The notes: generated from the letters alone by a model not told the origin. A DNA stretch of 64,000 bases from Candidatus Binatia bacterium (GCA_046757725.1 JBHHYU010000001.1:25548-89547), one strand, 5' to 3'. Numbered from the stretch's first letter, positions 32,029 through 41,548 are shown. Numbers and translations are program-made.

Positions 32029-33186
32029 CTATTGCCTGTTTCTGCTTTGCCTAAGCAGGCTCCGTGCTATGACGAGTTTTTGGATCTCTGAGGTCCCTTC
32101 ATAGATTCTCAATGCGCGGACTTCGCGGTAAAGTCGTTCCACGACGGTTCCAGCCACTACGCCCATCCCGCCATGGATTTGCAGCGCCTGGTCCACGATT
32201 CTCTGGGCGGCCTCAGTGGCAAAGAGCTTGGCCATTGAGGACTTCTGTGTCAGACCCTGTCGGCCACAATCATTCATCGAGGCGGCCTGGTAGACGAGGA
32301 GGCGAGATGCCTCCAGCTCTGTGGCCATGTCGGCGAGTTTGAACTGAATCCCCTGGAACCGAGCCAACTCCTGTCCAAACTGACGGCGGCTTTGGCTGTA
32401 CCGGATCCCTTCCTCCAGAGCCCTTTGAGCCAACCCAACGGCTGCAGCCCCGACACTGGCACGGAGGGTGTCCAGAGTTTTCAGTGCTATTTTGAGCCCT
32501 TCCCCTTCTTTACCTAAAAGATTCGTTTCTGAAACACGGCATTCCTCGAAGGCAATAACGCCGATGGGATGGGGAGCGATAAGCGGAATCTTCTCTTTAA
32601 GAACCAATCCCGGGGTGTCACCCGCCACCACAAAGGCACTGATTCCCTTTGCTCTTTTATCGGGATCCGTCAAGGCAAAGACCACATAGGTGTCGGCCAG
32701 TCCCGCATTGGAAATGAAGCGCTTAACTCCTTTGAGATAATATTCCGTGCCGCGCTTGACTGCCAGGGTTGCCATAGAGGAAACATCCGACCCCGCCTCT
32801 GGCTCCGTAAGGGCGAAGGCAGCAATAGCCTCTCCCATGGCGATGGCCGGGAGATAACGGGCCTTCTGCTCCTCGTTTCCTGCGATAGTGATGGGATAGC
32901 TCCCGAGGCCTTGCATGGCGAACATCGCATCTGCCAGGGAGGAGCCCCGAGCCAATTCCTCCCGAAGCAAACACAAGTCGCGGGCCTGAACCTTAGCGTG
33001 GACACCACCGAATCTTTTGGGCGCCACATAGGCAATAAATCCATCACGGCCGAGCCGCCTTACGAGCTGCACAGCTTTTTTCTCGATATCTGTTTCGTCT
33101 TCGGAAACCCCGAATAGGTTCTTTTCCACCCAGGAACGGATGTGCTCGCGCAGGGATAATTGCTCTTGGTCAAGAAAGAGATCCAT
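32029..33186 (-). CDS. Acyl-CoA dehydrogenase (start reassigned to internal ATG)
   Basis: ACAD homology starts at MDLFLDQEQLSLREHI (ATG at 33186), giving 385 aa. The upstream 181 codons of track ORF 32029..33729 overlap the enoyl-CoA hydratase gene in another frame and are low-complexity. Confidence 0.88.
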   Translation of the reverse strand: MDLFLDQEQLSLREHIRSWVEKNLFGVSEDETDIEKKAVQLVRRLGRDGFIAYVAPKRFGGVHAKVQARDLCLLREELARGSSLADAMFAMQGLGSYPITIAGNEEQKARYLPAIAMGEAIAAFALTEPEAGSDVSSMATLAVKRGTEYYLKGVKRFISNAGLADTYVVFALTDPDKRAKGISAFVVAGDTPGLVLKEKIPLIAPHPIGVIAFEECRVSETNLLGKEGEGLKIALKTLDTLRASVGAAAVGLAQRALEEGIRYSQSRRQFGQELARFQGIQFKLADMATELEASRLLVYQAASMNDCGRQGLTQKSSMAKLFATEAAQRIVDQALQIHGGMGVVAGTVVERLYREVRALRIYEGTSEIQKLVIARSLLRQSRNRQ

Positions 33187-33200
33187 TATGAATCCACATC

Positions 33201-33995
33201 TTACGTTCGGTTGAATATCGGCTTCCTTTTTTCCATAAAGGCCCTGTACCCTTCTTGAAAATCCGGCATCTCCATGCATTTGGCCTGGGCAGTAGCCTCC
33301 ACTTCCAAAGCGGCCTCCAAGTCCATATCTGCCTCGAGCTTGAGTAGCTCCTTGGTCACCCCCAGAGCATGAAGCGGTCCCTCTTTCAGCCGGCGTGCAA
33401 GTGCGTACGCCTCCTCCATTAATTTTTCCTGCGGTAACACTCGATTGGCTAAACCGATCCGATAGGCTTCCTGGGCATCTACAGAGTTCCCTAGAAAGAG
33501 AAGTTCTGTTGCTTTGGCCTGACCCACTATTTTTGGCAACAAGTACAGGGCCCCCATATCGGCTCCGGCCAGACCTACCTTTACAAAGAGAAAGGCAAAC
33601 CTCGCTTTGTCCGAAACGAGCCGAAAATCGCTCGCCAATGCCAACATGGCTCCTGCACCGGCAGAGATTCCATTGACCGCCGCTATGATCGGCTGCTTGA
33701 GGTTGCGTATGTTTTTCACCACGTTGCACGTCATGCGGGTAAACTTGTATAGTTCATCCCCTTTCATCCGAATCAGTTTTCCGATAATGCCGTCGACGCT
33801 TCCACCGGAGCAGAAACCCTTTCCGTTTCCAGTGATGACCAAGACCTTGACTGTCCTATTCTCGGCTAGCTCTCTCGTTAGGCTCTCCAGTTCTTCGTAA
33901 GTCTGGAAGGTCAAGGCGTTCAGCTTATCCGGATCATTCAGACGGACGGTTGCAATGCCGTCTTCGACTTCGTAGATAAAACTCTGATAGGTCAT
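33201..33995 (-). CDS. Enoyl-CoA hydratase/isomerase family protein
   Basis: 264-aa crotonase-fold ORF (VITGNGKGFCSGGS, AAVNGISAGAGAMLALASD). Confidence 0.88.
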   Translation of the reverse strand: MTYQSFIYEVEDGIATVRLNDPDKLNALTFQTYEELESLTRELAENRTVKVLVITGNGKGFCSGGSVDGIIGKLIRMKGDELYKFTRMTCNVVKNIRNLKQPIIAAVNGISAGAGAMLALASDFRLVSDKARFAFLFVKVGLAGADMGALYLLPKIVGQAKATELLFLGNSVDAQEAYRIGLANRVLPQEKLMEEAYALARRLKEGPLHALGVTKELLKLEADMDLEAALEVEATAQAKCMEMPDFQEGYRAFMEKRKPIFNRT

Positions 33996-34079
33996 TTTCC
34001 GACTCCTCTCGTAAGTTATAAACTAAAAATGGTAACCCAACCCCCGAAGAACTCAAACTTGGAAGCCATAGGGCAAAAC

Positions 34080-34859
34080 TCACATCATAACCGCTCCACC
34101 ATCCACGTTAATCGCTTGTCCCGTAATCCCCTTTGCCGACTCGGCGGCCAAGGTCAGGGTCAGGTCCGCAACTTCCTCAGGTGAGATCAACCGCTTCTGA
34201 GGTGAGGTACCCTTAAAAAAGTTGAGCACTTTTTCTGGATCCTTACCTGTTTTTTCGGCCATCGACTTCGCGTTATTCAGTGTTAAGGGAGTATCAACAT
34301 AGCCCGGGCACACGGCATTGACCGTAACACCGGATCTTGCCATCTCGATGGCCAGGGCACGTGTCAGCCCCAAGACGGCGTGCTTTGATGTCGTATATGC
34401 GGAGATATGGGAGTAAGCAACTTTGGCGACCGTTGAAGCGATGTTAATAATCCTTCCCCAACCCGATGCGATCATTGCTGGAAGAAAGGCTCTGCAGCAG
34501 TAGTAAGTCCCCGTTAGATTGACCTTCAAAACTTCTTCCCAAAGTCGATCATCCATCTGCAAGAAGGCTACAGCCGGAGCAATTCCGGCATTATTGATTA
34601 AAACCTGGACAGGTCCAAGACGGGCTTTGATCTCATGCTCCAGTTTTTCGACCTGGTTTTTTTTGGTAACATCGCAGGGCAAGGCAAGGGCGTCAGACCC
34701 AACATTGCGGATCTCCTCAACTACCGCCTCAAGGCTCTCCTGAGTTCGTCCCGTAACGACCACGCGGGAACCCTGAGCAGCAAAAGCAAGGGCAATGGAA
34801 CGCCCGATGCCTCGGCTGCCTCCTGTCACCAAGACGATCTTGCCATTACGCTCTTTCAT
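34080..34859 (-). CDS. Short-chain dehydrogenase/reductase (3-hydroxyacyl-CoA/3-oxoacyl reductase-like)
   Basis: 259-aa ORF with TGGSRGIGRS cofactor motif, NNAG, and catalytic YTTSK. Confidence 0.88.
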   Translation of the reverse strand: MKERNGKIVLVTGGSRGIGRSIALAFAAQGSRVVVTGRTQESLEAVVEEIRNVGSDALALPCDVTKKNQVEKLEHEIKARLGPVQVLINNAGIAPAVAFLQMDDRLWEEVLKVNLTGTYYCCRAFLPAMIASGWGRIINIASTVAKVAYSHISAYTTSKHAVLGLTRALAIEMARSGVTVNAVCPGYVDTPLTLNNAKSMAEKTGKDPEKVLNFFKGTSPQKRLISPEEVADLTLTLAAESAKGITGQAINVDGGAVMM

Positions 34860-34898
34860 GATGTTCCCGTTTCCTCAAGCTTCCGATAGATAAATCAA

Positions 34899-34927
34899 AG
34901 AATATGGCCGCTATGCAGCCGCGTCAA
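34899..34927 (-). promoter_or_regulatory. Sigma70-like promoter candidate for the SDR-ECH-ACAD-ACAD operon
   Basis: On the minus strand: TTGACG (34927-34922), 17-nt spacer, TATTCT (34904-34899), about 40 nt upstream of the SDR ATG, which has a GAGGAAA SD. Confidence 0.4.
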
Positions 34928-34936
34928 GTCCTGGGA

Positions 34937-35281
34937 GGCTCTCCGTTAAAGAGAGTGGTTCCTCAGGAGAAAACCTTCCGGCCTGAGTCGATAAGTCTGT
35001 GCCTCGACGGCCACCCTCCCGTCCCCTTTGGGTGAGCTCTCTGACAGCTTGGGCCTACCTCCAACCTCCACGTCCCCGTGCCCCAGTCCTGCAGGTTTCC
35101 TCCCTCGGAACCGGATGCATGGGTGCACGGTGCGGGGGTAGGCTCCGAAGAAAGGGAGACGTCAAACTGTGATCGTGCTCGGTGTCGAACACGAAACACG
35201 AACACGAGCCACGAAATGGGCTCCCACTGAGGAGCGGGCTCCCTGCGCCTCTGGAGCACCACATTTGTTAACGGTAGAGCC
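34937..35281 (-). mobile_element. Non-autonomous MITE-like element, copy B (345 bp, inverted relative to copy A)
   Basis: Read on the minus strand it starts GGCTCTACCGTTAA and ends TTAACGGAGAGCC. A perfect 9-bp duplication (TCCCAGGAC on the minus strand = GTCCTGGGA on plus) lies at 34928-34936 and 35282-35290. About 9 in 10 positions are identical to copy A over the 3' 226 nt by hand alignment. Confidence 0.85.
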
Positions 35282-35296
35282 GTCCTGGGATGCCTG

Positions 35297-35325
35297 TTGA
35301 TCGCTTTCGCAACTCTCTTTATAAT
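35297..35325 (+). promoter_or_regulatory. Sigma70-like promoter candidate for the M48/TPR protease gene
   Basis: TTGATC (35297-35302), 17-nt spacer, TATAAT (35320-35325). An AGGAGG SD and GTG 35342 follow. Confidence 0.4.
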
Positions 35326-35341
35326 TCTCCGTAGGAGGATT

Positions 35342-36748
35342 GTGCCTTTGGTACGTTGCCGACTCAAGGGGTCCCTCAGTGTTTTTTTGTTGTTTATGTT
35401 GGGGGCATGTGGTTCTCATCTTCCGAATCTTCCATCCGAGATGCCATTCATGCATCGGATCACCCAAGCGGATGAGATAAAAGCCGGTCGACAATTCCGC
35501 CGCGAGGCAAAGGACAAGCTCAAGTTTGTACACCGACCGGAAATTGAGCGATATGTCAACGAGGTAGGGCAGAGAATCCTCTCCGTTATGGGACCTCAAC
35601 CCTTTGAATATCGTTTTTTTGTGGTAGAAGACTCCCAGGTAAATGCCTTTGCTATTCCTGGCGGATCCATTTATGTATTTAGCGGCCTTATTGAACGGGT
35701 AACTAGCACGGACGAGTTAGCTAGTGTTTTAGGTCATGAAATCATACACGTAAAGGCACACCATATGGCCCGCATGTCAGGGCCAAACGTTACGAGCCTG
35801 TTAGGGATTCTAGGTTTTTTTCTGACTGCCAGCGGTTCCCAGGCCGCAGGGGTATTGAGCCAAGCCGTGGCTGCGACGAACCAACTCTCGTACACTCGCA
35901 AATTGGAGCAGGAAGCCGATGCTGGTGGTGTCAAAAATATGTCGGCGGCGGGTTATGACCCAAACGCAGCTCTGGGGTTTCTTAACATCATAGATCAGGA
36001 GCGGACCTTAAACCCAGTTGATGTCCCTCCTTTTTTGCTAACTCACCCTCTAAGCCAGGAGCGGCTCAACAGGATGGAAGCGGTGATACGCTCCTTTAGA
36101 CTGGAGAGGCCACACTTGGGGCGTCCCGACGGGATCAAGAGAATCCAGACGATGCTGGTTTTGGAAAAACAGGATCCGGAGGCCGTGTTAGAAAAACTAA
36201 AAAAATCATATGGCCAGTCTCCAAAGAGTGCCGAGTCAATGCACCTTTTCGGTCTTGCCCGTTATCGCAAAGGAGATTGGGGTCCGGCTAGGAACTATTA
36301 CGAGCAGGCAAGGCGGATTAACCCCAAGTGTCCAGGGATTGATCGGGATTTAGGCCGTCTCTATACCAAAACAGGAGAGTTCCGTTTGGCCCATGCAGCA
36401 TTTGAGCGTTCGGTAAAGGCCAGCCCCAATAACTCTCTGAACTATTTATACCTGGGCGAGTTATTTGAGAAGGAATCCAATCTTCCACAAGCGGTCGGTG
36501 CATACCTCAGAGCCCACAACCTCTCCCCCTTGTGGCCTGAACCGCCGCGTCGCATGGGAGTCATCTATGGTAAGATGGACCGCATGGCGGATGCCTTTTA
36601 CTATTCGGCGAGATCCCATCTTTTGTCGGATGAAGATGAAAAGGCAAAGGCCGACCTGCGCCAGGCGTTGTCCCTCTATGGAAAAGCCTCTCCTCGCGGC
36701 CAAATGGTGAAAGAAGAGCTCGAGGTGATCAAAGCTCGGGACAACTAA
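35342..36748 (+). CDS. M48 family metalloprotease with C-terminal TPR repeats (BepA/YfgC-like lipoprotein)
   Basis: HEIIH zinc motif, lipobox MLGAC, and TPR-like C-terminal half. GTG 35342 is preferred because of an AGGAGG at 35333; the track start is TTG 35297. Confidence 0.8.
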   Translation: MPLVRCRLKGSLSVFLLFMLGACGSHLPNLPSEMPFMHRITQADEIKAGRQFRREAKDKLKFVHRPEIERYVNEVGQRILSVMGPQPFEYRFFVVEDSQVNAFAIPGGSIYVFSGLIERVTSTDELASVLGHEIIHVKAHHMARMSGPNVTSLLGILGFFLTASGSQAAGVLSQAVAATNQLSYTRKLEQEADAGGVKNMSAAGYDPNAALGFLNIIDQERTLNPVDVPPFLLTHPLSQERLNRMEAVIRSFRLERPHLGRPDGIKRIQTMLVLEKQDPEAVLEKLKKSYGQSPKSAESMHLFGLARYRKGDWGPARNYYEQARRINPKCPGIDRDLGRLYTKTGEFRLAHAAFERSVKASPNNSLNYLYLGELFEKESNLPQAVGAYLRAHNLSPLWPEPPRRMGVIYGKMDRMADAFYYSARSHLLSDEDEKAKADLRQALSLYGKASPRGQMVKEELEVIKARDN

Positions 36749-36793
36749 ACAAACCAAGGACCAATACTACCCTGACCGGACGGTCGGGGCAAT

Positions 36794-37168
36794 TTACCCT
36801 TGGTTACAGATAGTCGAAAAAGAATAAGCCCTGCCGCCAGCGGATTTTATTAGTTCGCGCTCCCGTTTCAGCAGAAATTCTCGCATGTAATCAGGATCAA
36901 AGCCTAGGAAGTCGCAGATATTGGTGAAAGAGAAGAGCCAGTCCGTACTTTTATCACCAATCCACTGAATAGCATTCTGGTAGAGATCACTACACGAGCT
37001 ACTATTGCTTACCCGATGTTTCTCAAGGCACTCCACGGCGTCCTTAAGAATAGCGATCATAAGCCTTTTCTCCCCCTCTAGTTGGCGAGATAACCCGCTA
37101 TTCCCATAGAATTGGGAAGGCAAATAGGCGTCTGGTTCTAGAATCTTTGCTAGAAAATCATCGTACAT
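36794..37168 (-). CDS. Hypothetical protein (orphan, 124 aa)
   Basis: Intact ORF in a locally AT-rich patch. I could recognise no family. Confidence 0.5.
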   Translation of the reverse strand: MYDDFLAKILEPDAYLPSQFYGNSGLSRQLEGEKRLMIAILKDAVECLEKHRVSNSSSCSDLYQNAIQWIGDKSTDWLFSFTNICDFLGFDPDYMREFLLKRERELIKSAGGRAYSFSTICNQG

Positions 37169-37315
37169 AGGATCACCCTAACCAAACAAATCTGATAATG
37201 ATCAATAAAATCAAATAGCACAAACTCCCTGAAATTACAAGGAAATTGTACTTTGGAAGGATCAAAGAGCTCACCACTGAGGCAAACTCTTTAGTGAAAT
37301 TAGGGGGTTATGGTA

Positions 37316-38023
37316 TCAAAGGTCATCCATGATCCTAGCCAGTTTAGCCTTGGCTAAGTAATGATCCCAGATCTTTTGGACCACTGGGGGACGCCGTCGA
37401 CCTTTGGCCACCCTATGAACCTCATCCTCGGTGTAAAAGCGGACCGGTCCTAAAAGCGATGCAGAGTATAGTCTTTTAGCGCTTTCCTCCAAGTCGATGC
37501 AAGCCATAAACGTCCACTCGATTGACTGACCTGCGACAAGAGAACCGTGCCCGCGCAGGATCACGGCGTCGCCACCACCCAGGGTTCTGGCGACCTCGTC
37601 CCCCTGTTCGTTGGTGTGGATCAAAGCAGGGTCGAGGTGTACAGGAATTGAGCCAGGGCCAAACAAGGCTCCCGTGTTTGAGGCAGGGATAAGTGGTCGA
37701 TCAGCCATGCTTAAGATCACCACCATGCGGTTATGAAGATGAGCTAAGCTCTCTACGTCTTTTCTGAAGTGGTAGGTGCGAGTATGCATGGGAAGCTCCG
37801 AGGGGAGATCCCACTTTCCTTCCACACGTCTCCCGTTCAAGTCAAATGTCAAGATGTCCTCTGGAGTTACCCGCGCCCGGCTTATAGGATGTGGGTTGAT
37901 CAGAAATCGCTCCGTACCCGGTATTCTCACGCTGATATGGCCACTGTAATCAATCAGCTCTGCAAGAAAGAGCATGCGGCAGGCCATAGCGACCTTCCTT
38001 TTTAGGTCATCCATTTCCGCCAT
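37316..38023 (-). CDS. Class II aldolase/adducin-domain protein
   Basis: 235-aa ORF. The layout and His-containing segments (HTRTY..., LAHLHN, ILRGHGSLVAG) are typical of class II aldolase/adducin N-terminal domain proteins. Confidence 0.8.
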   Translation of the reverse strand: MAEMDDLKRKVAMACRMLFLAELIDYSGHISVRIPGTERFLINPHPISRARVTPEDILTFDLNGRRVEGKWDLPSELPMHTRTYHFRKDVESLAHLHNRMVVILSMADRPLIPASNTGALFGPGSIPVHLDPALIHTNEQGDEVARTLGGGDAVILRGHGSLVAGQSIEWTFMACIDLEESAKRLYSASLLGPVRFYTEDEVHRVAKGRRRPPVVQKIWDHYLAKAKLARIMDDL

Positions 38024-38149
38024 GGGAATTCTCCTTTTGTACGATCACTGACTTGTGCTATACCGCCCAATCTGCGAGGCTGTCAACGCTTACTTTCATC
38101 CTCGTTACAGACAAGAACTTTATTACCTAAAGTGATAGAAAGGATTTTG

Positions 38150-39952
38150 ATGATGACCAATAGCGCCGAAGGTATCCGATGGGACTTGAGCGATCTCTTC
38201 TCCTCTTATGATGACCCACAGATTGACGCGACCTTGACCAACTGTCGTGTTCGTGCAGAGTCTTTCTCCCGCCAATACCGAAATACAATCAATCTCCCCG
38301 GAGGCCCTGCCCCAGAGCTTCTCCTTCAAAGGATTAAGGAATTAGAAGAGATCCAAGATGCATTGAGCCGGGTGGCCAGCTATGCAAGCCTTCTCTATTC
38401 GGCGGATTCCTTGAGGCCTGAGTACCGGGTTCTGGAGCAGAAAGTTGAGCAGCGAGTAACCGAGGTGAGAAATCTGCTCCTCTTTTTTGAACTAGAATGG
38501 CTGGAGCTTGGTGAAGAGACGGCAGAACGAATCATCCATGATCCAGCTTTGAAATCCTACAGTCATTATCTCAAGAGTCTCCGCCGTTTTCGGCCTCACC
38601 GACTTTCCGAGCCAGAGGAAAAAATTATCAATGAGAAGGATAATACGGGGCGAAACGCCTTCGGCCGCCTCTTCTCGGAGATCACCTCGGCGCTGACCTT
38701 TTCTCTGGAAAGGGAGGGAGTGAGAATAGAGTTAACTTTGAGCGAGATCTTGGCGCTTCTCCACGAGCCTGATCGGGAACTGAGACGCAAAGCTATGGAG
38801 GAGGTATTTCAGGAACTCTCTCATCATGGCCAGAACCTGACTTTCATCTACAATACGCTCATACAGGATCATCTAACGATGGACCGACTGCGGCATTATT
38901 CCGGCCCGATGGTAGAGCGCCATCTCACCAACGAGATCGATGCGGAGGCCGTGGGTCAGATGATGGAGGTGACTGAGGCGAATTACGGAATCGCTCAGGA
39001 CTACTTCCGCCTCAAGGCGCGCCTGCTCAACCTTCCACGCCTCGCCCTTTACGACCAGTATGCGCCTGTAGTAGGAGAGCTGGCCCCTTTTACTTTTCTT
39101 CAAGCCCAGCAGATGATCCTCGAAGCCTTTGACGCCTTCGCACCGGCTTTTCGTTCCATTGCCGCCGAGTTTTTCAGCAAACGTTGGATTGATGCGGAGA
39201 TCCGTAAGGGCAAACGGGGCGGAGCCTTCTGTGCCTCACCTTCGCCTCGCCTTCATCCCTATATTTTGTGCAACTACACTGACAACCTAAGGGACGTTAT
39301 GACAGTGGCCCATGAGCTGGGCCATGGTCTGCACGGTTGCCTTAGTAGGAAGCAAAGCTTTTTTAACTACGAAACACCGCTGACGACGGCAGAGACGGCA
39401 TCGGTGTTCGGGGAGATGCTGGTATTCGACTTTCTGGTGGAACACCAAACCGACTCTCAAGTGCGGATCGCCCTAATTGCCGGCAAAATTGAGGACGCTT
39501 TTGCCACCGTTTTTCGGCAGAATGTCCTGACCCGGTTCGAAGAGGCGGTATTCTCGAAGCGAGTCGCAGGAAGATTGACGCCCCAGCAAATCGGTGACCT
39601 TTGGATAGAAGCCAATAAGCCATACTACGGTGACGCAGTGGAGATGCCTGAAGGGTACCGCTGGGGATGGTCCTATATTCCTCACTTCATCCACAGTCGC
39701 TTTTATTGTTACAGCTACGTCTTTGGCCAGCTCTTGGTCCTTTCCCTCTACCAAATGTATCGGGAACAAGGAAAAAGTTTTGTCGCTAAATACCTGGCCC
39801 TTCTTGAGGCGGGGGGATCGGACAGTCCCCAGAACCTCTTAAAGGCCCTTGGAGTCGACCTTCATGATCCCGGGTTCTGGGGGAAAGGGTTTGATGAGAT
39901 CCAGAGACTGGTCAAAAGGGTTGAGCAGCTAGCTGGACAAGTCGGCCAGTAA
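38150..39952 (+). CDS. pepF: M3B family oligoendopeptidase F
   Basis: About 600-aa ORF with the HELGHG zinc motif and PepF-type N-terminus (RWDLSDLF). ATG 38150 is preferred over GTG 38132. Confidence 0.85.
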   Translation: MMTNSAEGIRWDLSDLFSSYDDPQIDATLTNCRVRAESFSRQYRNTINLPGGPAPELLLQRIKELEEIQDALSRVASYASLLYSADSLRPEYRVLEQKVEQRVTEVRNLLLFFELEWLELGEETAERIIHDPALKSYSHYLKSLRRFRPHRLSEPEEKIINEKDNTGRNAFGRLFSEITSALTFSLEREGVRIELTLSEILALLHEPDRELRRKAMEEVFQELSHHGQNLTFIYNTLIQDHLTMDRLRHYSGPMVERHLTNEIDAEAVGQMMEVTEANYGIAQDYFRLKARLLNLPRLALYDQYAPVVGELAPFTFLQAQQMILEAFDAFAPAFRSIAAEFFSKRWIDAEIRKGKRGGAFCASPSPRLHPYILCNYTDNLRDVMTVAHELGHGLHGCLSRKQSFFNYETPLTTAETASVFGEMLVFDFLVEHQTDSQVRIALIAGKIEDAFATVFRQNVLTRFEEAVFSKRVAGRLTPQQIGDLWIEANKPYYGDAVEMPEGYRWGWSYIPHFIHSRFYCYSYVFGQLLVLSLYQMYREQGKSFVAKYLALLEAGGSDSPQNLLKALGVDLHDPGFWGKGFDEIQRLVKRVEQLAGQVGQ

Positions 39953-40105
39953 TGGCAGTGTCTTCTTCGGATACTCTCTCCCCCATGAAAGGGGGGTGGG
40001 GCCAGTGGGCTTATTACAGTGGCTTCGGGAGATTCTCAAGTGCGGGCTGACACCGGGTCGTTCGGGTCATTTTGACTTCTCGGCTGCTGACCCTAAAAAG
40101 GTCAA

Positions 40106-41548
40106 TCAACTCATTTTGAACGAGGGTGGTATAACTTCGTCTACACCTTTTCCTGCCCAGTGCCATTTGGGGACACTCGCCCACACCTCTTCTCCCTTGG
40201 CTTGAACCTTCTCCAGTAGTTCGTCTTCGTTTAGCCGAAGATATTTGCCGTTGTCGACTAGGGTTTCTCCATCAACAATAACCGTTCGCACGTCCCGGCT
40301 CACCGCGGTTTCCACTAAGGATCTGATTGGATCTCGGATCGCCCCGAAGGCAATGTCTTTGAGATTGATAATACTGATATCTGCCTTCGCCCCTTTTTGG
40401 AGTCTTCCTAAATCGGTTCGCCCGAGCATTTTTGCGCCACCCAAAGTCGCTGCGTTAAATACGTCTCTCGGGTGCCCCGCAGTAAAGGTCTTGTCGGCAA
40501 CGCGTGAGGCAACTGCGGCGTAGCGCATATCCGAGACGATGTCTTTGGGGAATGTGTCGGTGCCTATGCCCATGTTAATACCGGCCTTCAAATACTTGTC
40601 GAAGGATTCCATGGTGATGCCGAGCTTGAGGTACTTCAGGGGACTGTAAGCAACCGAGGCGCCGGAGTCGGCTATGATCTTGAGGTCGTCTCCGTAGGGA
40701 TAGGCAAGCCAACTATGGCCACTGATGAAGATACAGTGGGAGAGTGAAACTTCCGGGTCAAGAAAACCGATTTTTTTAAGTAGCTCGATCGGCGTGCAGC
40801 GGTGGAGGCGCATGACCGTGTGGAATTCAAACAAATTGATCGTCGCGTGGATCTGCACGCGCACGCCGACCTCCTTGGCGGCTTTTCGGGTTGCCTTTAA
40901 TAGCTCCGGCGTGCAGGAATCAACATGGCCTGGAAACAGCATGGTGTTCATGCGCCCGTTGCACGCACAGTTAAATCTCTTGGCAAACTCGACAGCCTTT
41001 TTCAGACCCTCGCTTCCCCGCGCCTCGTCCCAATCATATTCCAACCGTCCTTCACGATCATGGAAGAAGCTCACATTCTTGTAGCTTGGCCCGGTGGTGC
41101 AGCGGATGCCGACCTGATCCACCATGTCGACATATCGCTCCGGCTCTCGCCCCGGTCCACCGACCTCATAGGTCGTCGTCACACCGCTTTTTAATACATG
41201 GATCAGGGAAAAACGTTGCCCGATGTCAACGTCCTTTAAATGAGCATGCTTTGCCCCTTCGCGAGTCGGCCCTCCATGAGCCAGGTAGTTGGAAGCAAAA
41301 AAATCATTCTTTGTTGAATCACTGAGAAGATAGTCGCCGGCATTGATGCCGGAGTGAAAATGGGTATCGATGAAGCCGGGCGACACGAGGCAACCTCGGG
41401 CGTCAATTTTCTTGTCCACCGGATCGGAGAAGGCTTTGCCCACAAAAAGGATCCGATCTTTTTCGAAGACGACCACACCATTCCTGAATACTTCATGCTC
41501 CTTGCCGTTAAATCCGACGACATAGCTGCCTTGAATGAGAGTTTTCAT
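40106..41548 (-). CDS. Amidohydrolase family protein (chlorohydrolase/aminohydrolase-like)
   Basis: 480-aa ORF with the metal-binding GFIDTHFH motif and a TIM-barrel amidohydrolase layout. Confidence 0.8.
   Translation of the reverse strand: MKTLIQGSYVVGFNGKEHEVFRNGVVVFEKDRILFVGKAFSDPVDKKIDARGCLVSPGFIDTHFHSGINAGDYLLSDSTKNDFFASNYLAHGGPTREGAKHAHLKDVDIGQRFSLIHVLKSGVTTTYEVGGPGREPERYVDMVDQVGIRCTTGPSYKNVSFFHDREGRLEYDWDEARGSEGLKKAVEFAKRFNCACNGRMNTMLFPGHVDSCTPELLKATRKAAKEVGVRVQIHATINLFEFHTVMRLHRCTPIELLKKIGFLDPEVSLSHCIFISGHSWLAYPYGDDLKIIADSGASVAYSPLKYLKLGITMESFDKYLKAGINMGIGTDTFPKDIVSDMRYAAVASRVADKTFTAGHPRDVFNAATLGGAKMLGRTDLGRLQKGAKADISIINLKDIAFGAIRDPIRSLVETAVSRDVRTVIVDGETLVDNGKYLRLNEDELLEKVQAKGEEVWASVPKWHWAGKGVDEVIPPSFKMS

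Noticed and set aside
33187-33729. N-terminal 181-codon extension of the track ORF 32029..33729
   Set aside because: It overlaps the crotonase gene 33201..33995 in another frame and is low-complexity (Gly/Arg/Ser-rich). ACAD homology begins exactly at the internal ATG 33186.
34946-35599. Cluster of overlapping minus-strand ORFs (60-145 aa: 34946..35128, 34963..35367, 35055..35264, 35162..35599)
   Set aside because: They lie inside or across MITE copy B and overlap each other. The homologous copy A has no equivalent ORF in the same orientation. The composition is Pro/Arg/Gly-rich, typical of GC-rich non-coding DNA.
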